A DNA stretch of 64,000 nucleotides from the NCBI RefSeq assembly GCF_009914755.1, contig NC_060944.1; one strand, 5' to 3'. Made by a program: the position numbers and the translations under genes. This document shows positions 58,971-64,000 of the stretch, in pieces. Every line of letters begins with the position of its first letter. The first letter of the stretch is position 1. The DNA is from the human T2T-CHM13v2.0 reference genome, Homo sapiens. The notes beneath the pieces are model-generated. The model saw nothing but the letters and a program-made list of their open reading frames with translations, searched no databases and was not told the DNA's origin.

Positions 58971-60957
58971 GTACCTTGTCAGAATAAACACATGTATGTA
59001 TATTTTAAAATGCACAAAAATGTCTGAGTTCTGTCTCCTTTCCTAATTTTATCTCTTCTCTCTCCTGTAGCTGAATCCCTTTTTTCTCTCATTTTTTAAT
59101 TCATATGGATTTGCCTCATCATCTCCATGAGTTCAAAATATTTACCAACAAACATATTTTTAAATTTAAAAAACTTAATTTTAATAAGGAAGATAAATAA
59201 AGTGGCCACCTATGAACATAACAGTGCTGGGGTCTAAAAAGGACCTTTTTCATCCTTTATCCATCTTCTACCATGATATTATTTATGGAGATGTGAGAAG
59301 GGATGTGCCTAGAAAGATGGGTTTGTTGTTGTTGTCAGTTTGTTTGTTTTTAAAACAATGCATTCTCACCAGAAAGACGGAGCTCCTTGTTTCCTTGAGT
59401 AGTGGGCTCCATTGCACGATGGCATCAATTTCCTAAACAAGGTGTAGCATGCCTTCACTTGCCTGGCATTCCATGGTCCACCTCACAATCCTCTTCCCTG
59501 CATATCCCATAACTTTTGTTCTTGGTGGCCTCGAGGCCTGCTGTTAACATAACAGTTTCTGTTGTAGCATATGCATGAATGTTAGCTGTTGTGAGCCATA
59601 ATTTCTTAGATTACAACAGAAGCATGCTTCATTGGGATAAATTGATGAAATTTGATATTGATTCCTTATGAGTTAATGCTCTTAACTCGGTGGGGGAGGA
59701 GGGGACCCAGAAAAGGCTGGGCCCCATATGCATGAGGAAATGACATCCAAGTGCTCTGTTGGCCAAAAGCATTCATTCTGTGTATAGCTCACTTTTCCAA
59801 TGCCCATTCCAAAGCAAATAGGGAAGGGAAATCCATATGAACTTTTAACAGTTGCTTTTTAAATACCTTTCCAACAATGTTTTTCAGTCCGTGCATATAT
59901 TTGGGTAAAGAGTTGTCACCAAGGTCCTATTTATTGACCAGGTTTTGCTCACACCTGCTTATCTGTCATTATTCCAAACTTCCATTGAGGTTTGCTTTAT
60001 TTATTCACTTATTCATTATTTTTGTAAGGGCTGACCAGGGACACAGTGCTGTCCTCTAATCCTCAGTGAACAGAAAGGAAGTTTAGTGGACCCACTGCCA
60101 ACACACATACACACACAAACACACACTATTGGAGCTGAGTAAGTTAGTAAACTGGGTTTTTCATCATTGCCATGAAGTTAGGATGATACCATTGCAGGGA
60201 CAGCATTGCTCCTGGTGCCTCATGTCATAGCAGGAGCTCCTTAGGTGTCAATTTGAAAACAATAATGTCACCAACCTCTTAAGTCCCGTAATCATTCATG
60301 GACTCTCTGCCCAGAGAATTCTATATTGTTTATAGCTTGTAAATATGCTTGTACTGATTAATTTTCATCATTACAATTGGTTCGTTTTGAAAAAAATAGT
60401 TACTCAAGAAAATGAAATTTGTTGAGTGCCCAAGAAATCATGGATTGATGTAGAAAGGTGTTATGAAAAAGAGATGATGTTTGCCTGTGTAACATTAGGC
60501 TTTTTGTTGTTATTGCTTTTGGGGTTTTTGAGGGGTGCACTTAAATTAGTATATTACCTATTTGAACTATTTTGGGGGGTTGGTGTTTGCTTTTTAAAAA
60601 TATTTTGACCTCACGTTTTATAGATATTCATGCCAAATGTCTTCCCTGTTGTGTGGGAACTGGAAGACAGTACAATTGACATGCACACTTTATTATGTAT
60701 CCTTCAACTTTTGAAGGGGAAAAAATGTATTCTCTCTCTCTCTCTAGTTCAGGGAGAGTAACCCAAAAGTATTCCCAAATGTGGACTTTTTGAAGTATAC
60801 TTTAAGGAGAAAGGCAGGAAGGCAGTGAGGTCCTATCTTTGTAATTATAAACATGACAGTCTAGATATATTTTGTTTTATAAATTATAAACTTAGTAATG
60901 TCTAATGCCTCAAGGCCAAGAAATATCAACCTAAATGGAGTTATTTTCTTATCATAG

Positions 60958-61089
<132 letters not shown>

Positions 61090-62539
61090 TAAAAAAAAAA
61101 ACAAGAAAAGATGCAACTTTTAAAGCCTTGGTTTATTTAAAGGTATCTGTAAATGCTTTGCAACTCCCTGAGCCATGGATTGATGACTATTTTTTTTTCC
61201 TGCTCTTAAGTTCGTATAAATTTTACCTTTCATCAGAATTAGTCAATCCTGACTGAAGTATACTGTTACATTTATTGTATTATTAAATACATTATAGTGA
61301 TGTTTCCCCATGTACTTTCTTGTATTAGATTTTAGTATTGCATATTGCTTGAAATATTAAAACAACCAATACAGTCTCTACTTGCAATCCTTGAAAATAA
61401 TTTTTGTCATATAAAAACTTATACCTTTTCTTTTTCTCCCTTTTGTTTTGCCAAGCCAAATAAATTTAATACGTGATTTGATGTGCAGTAACCCTCATTT
61501 GACCTCTGGTATGAAAGATAAATACAATTGATATGAAATTAAATAGTCAGGAATCGCCTTAGCTAATTGCTGGACCTTTGTCCCTTTCAAAGAAGCTTTG
61601 GAAACAAAGGGTTGTTCGCACAAATATTTGTCAAAGGAAAGGCATGGGGAGAAATTTTAAAATCAGTCCCACAGCAGTGAGAAATGCCTGCGGAACATGG
61701 GAGGGAGAGCTGGGGGTACCTGAGCTAGAGCCTTTGGCGTTATGTCTCAGTGGAGAATGTAAAGAGATGAAAGTTCAAGTTCCATAGGTCCCGTATGTCC
61801 GTGAATCTCAAGGTCTCAGTTTCCTCCTTTTTAAAATCTATTTTTTTCTTTGTATCTAATGCCAGTGAGTGTGGTTGAATGGTCTGTATGTTATCTGGAC
61901 CCTCTTTTTAGGTATACCTGGCCCTCTACACTCCATGATTTCACCCCTGATATTTTTCCAAGCCCAATAGTTTTCCCTTTAGTTGTAGTTGTACAGTTTA
62001 CACTTTCTGCTATGGCTGAAGATACCTATTTTAAGCAAGAATGCTTCATTCCTTCCCTCTCTGTCAATATTCTGAATATCATAATTTATTTCACATTGCT
62101 TATGATTACAGCAAAGGGAGGTACAGCTTGGTAGAAAATCTAACACTTCGCATTGGCAGGAGGTGATATGATTCTTGTCACTTCCCTGTGACCTTGAGCT
62201 AGGAACTGGCCTCCTGGGCCTCAGTTTCCCTGCTTGTAAGGTGGTGGGGCTCATGCAGTAATTTGGCTAGTATTTCCCTTCCCTACCTTCATTCTTTGAA
62301 GTTTGTAGAGGGCTGACCGGGTGCCAAGCACTGTGCCAGATGCTAGGAATTCAAAACAATAAGAAATGTCCCCAGCCTTGAAGGCAGTTGCGATCTGTTC
62401 AAGGAGAAAGACAAGTGATTCAACAATTCCTTGGCAGTGTGATAAATGTCATGATTGAGGTGTGTCCTTGTTTATTTCCAAATTCCTTCTAAGTTTTAAA
62501 GGTCTATGAAGTGACCATTGACACATCTAAAAAGGGTAG

Positions 62540-64000
62540 CTTGACCATTTCACAAGTGATGGAAATTTTAACGTCTGTCATTTTCAAGTGTGGGTGAGAA
62601 TGGAGTACAAAGCCATTCTTATAAACTTCTGGTAAGACCCTACATTGGTACAACCATCTTGGGGAATATTTTGGCAATAGTTTATAAAGTGAAAAATATG
62701 CCTCTTATACAGCCCAGCATTTTCACTTCTAGGTATGTACCCTAGAGAATCTCTCATCTATTTCCCAAACTCTGGATACCAGAGCGGCACAGTTCTCAGA
62801 TCTCTGCTCCACCTATATTCACTCTGTACCTGAGCTCATCCAAGCCAATGGCTTTACATTTCTTCTATTAAACTCTCCAGTCCTAACCTCCAGCTTACAC
62901 TACAGACTTGTAGTAGAACTCTCCATCTGGATGTTGAATGGGCATTTCCAATGTATATATACAACATATTTCGATCCTTCCTACCCCTAGATATGTTCCT
63001 TTCAAAGCCTATAAAATAGTACCGTTATTTACCCAGTCAAAACCACTGGGCTCATGTTGGACTTGTTTCATTCTTTCACATCATGTCTGGTTCATTTGCA
63101 AAACCTGTAAGATCCAGCCTCAAAAGAAATCCTAAATAAATCACTTCTCACCATCTCCAACATTACTGACTATCCAAACCTTCATCATCCCTCTCCAGGC
63201 AATGCCTTCTCCTTCCTACTCAGTGCCCTACAATTTATGGTCCACACAGCAGCCAGAGTAAACCTTTTAAAACCAAATCTAATCATGTTATTCCACCCTT
63301 TGAAACCCTCCAAAGGCTTCCCAACACATTTAGAATAAAATCTAAAATACTTAGTGAGGACTAAAGCCCAAGTGATGTAGCCTTTGGCTCCATCTCCAAT
63401 CTCACTTCAAGCTACCTTTTTCCTTGGTCACTTGCTCTGTCTTGCTGTCATTGAATGATGTTGGCACGCATACATCTGCATCAAGGTCTTTGCACTTGAT
63501 GATCCTTCTGCCTGGACTGGTGTTTCCTGGGTGTGCACGTGGCTTGCTCCTCACACATGTACGTGACCTCAGAAGGGCTTTCACTGGCCCATATTTAACA
63601 CAGCATCCTGCCATGCTTCATCACCTTCCTCCCTGCTTTCTCTGTCCTTCTAGTACCTCTTTGACATTATATTTATTTGTTTACTTATTTGTTTCTGTCA
63701 CTCATAATATGAGAGTTTCATGAAGGCAGGGCTTACCTGTTTCTTCTATCACTGCATCTATCCTGGTGCCTCTAAAAGTACTTGCTCTTTAGAATGAATG
63801 AAGGTGCCCAAGGAAAGAGGTATACAAATTTCTACTTTCATTTATAATTAGAAATGACCTAACTATCCATCAACCAAATAATGGATAATAAATTATGATA
63901 TATTCATATATGGACTTCTGTACCTTCAGTGAAAAATAAATGAACAAGATCTACCTACATAGCTGGTATATAAAGATAAAAATAGCAAGTTGCAAATGCA
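62540..64000 (+). mobile_element. Old L1M(E) 3' fragment interrupted by an L2 (~62770-63802)
   Basis: cattggtacaacc...cacttctaggtatgtaccctagagaa | L2 ending gaatgaatgaa | ...tatccatcaacc...atggataataaattatgatatattcata. Confidence 0.65.

Overview
Primate (most likely human) genomic DNA from inside PLCB4 (phospholipase C beta 4, + strand). Nine coding exons with canonical GT-AG sites and consistent phases (18030-61066) encode the PH domain and EF-hand region, about residues 29-285; the start-codon exon and the catalytic exons lie outside the window. The rest is intron filled with Alu, L1, L2, MIR, LTR (MLT2B, MER41B, LTR16, LTR9-like, MLT1A) and DNA-transposon (MER5, MER3, MER33, MER53, MER58, Tigger2a) remnants. 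Nearly all ORFs in the supplied track are spurious. Best leads: (1) an intronic in-frame ATG at 52074 giving a PH-less N-terminus, with upstream alternative acceptors that would make the main frame stop in a TAATG stop/start overlap; (2) two locally templated insertions into old repeats (an inverted ~550 bp copy and a direct ~200 bp copy with a stutter junction); (3) a tiny L1 with a 3' transduction; (4) a MER41B LTR with two intact GAS/STAT1 sites; (5) a candidate in-frame cryptic 117-nt exon; (6) a MER53 hairpin related to miR-1302. Repeat subfamily names come from remembered consensus sequences, and repeat boundaries are approximate.
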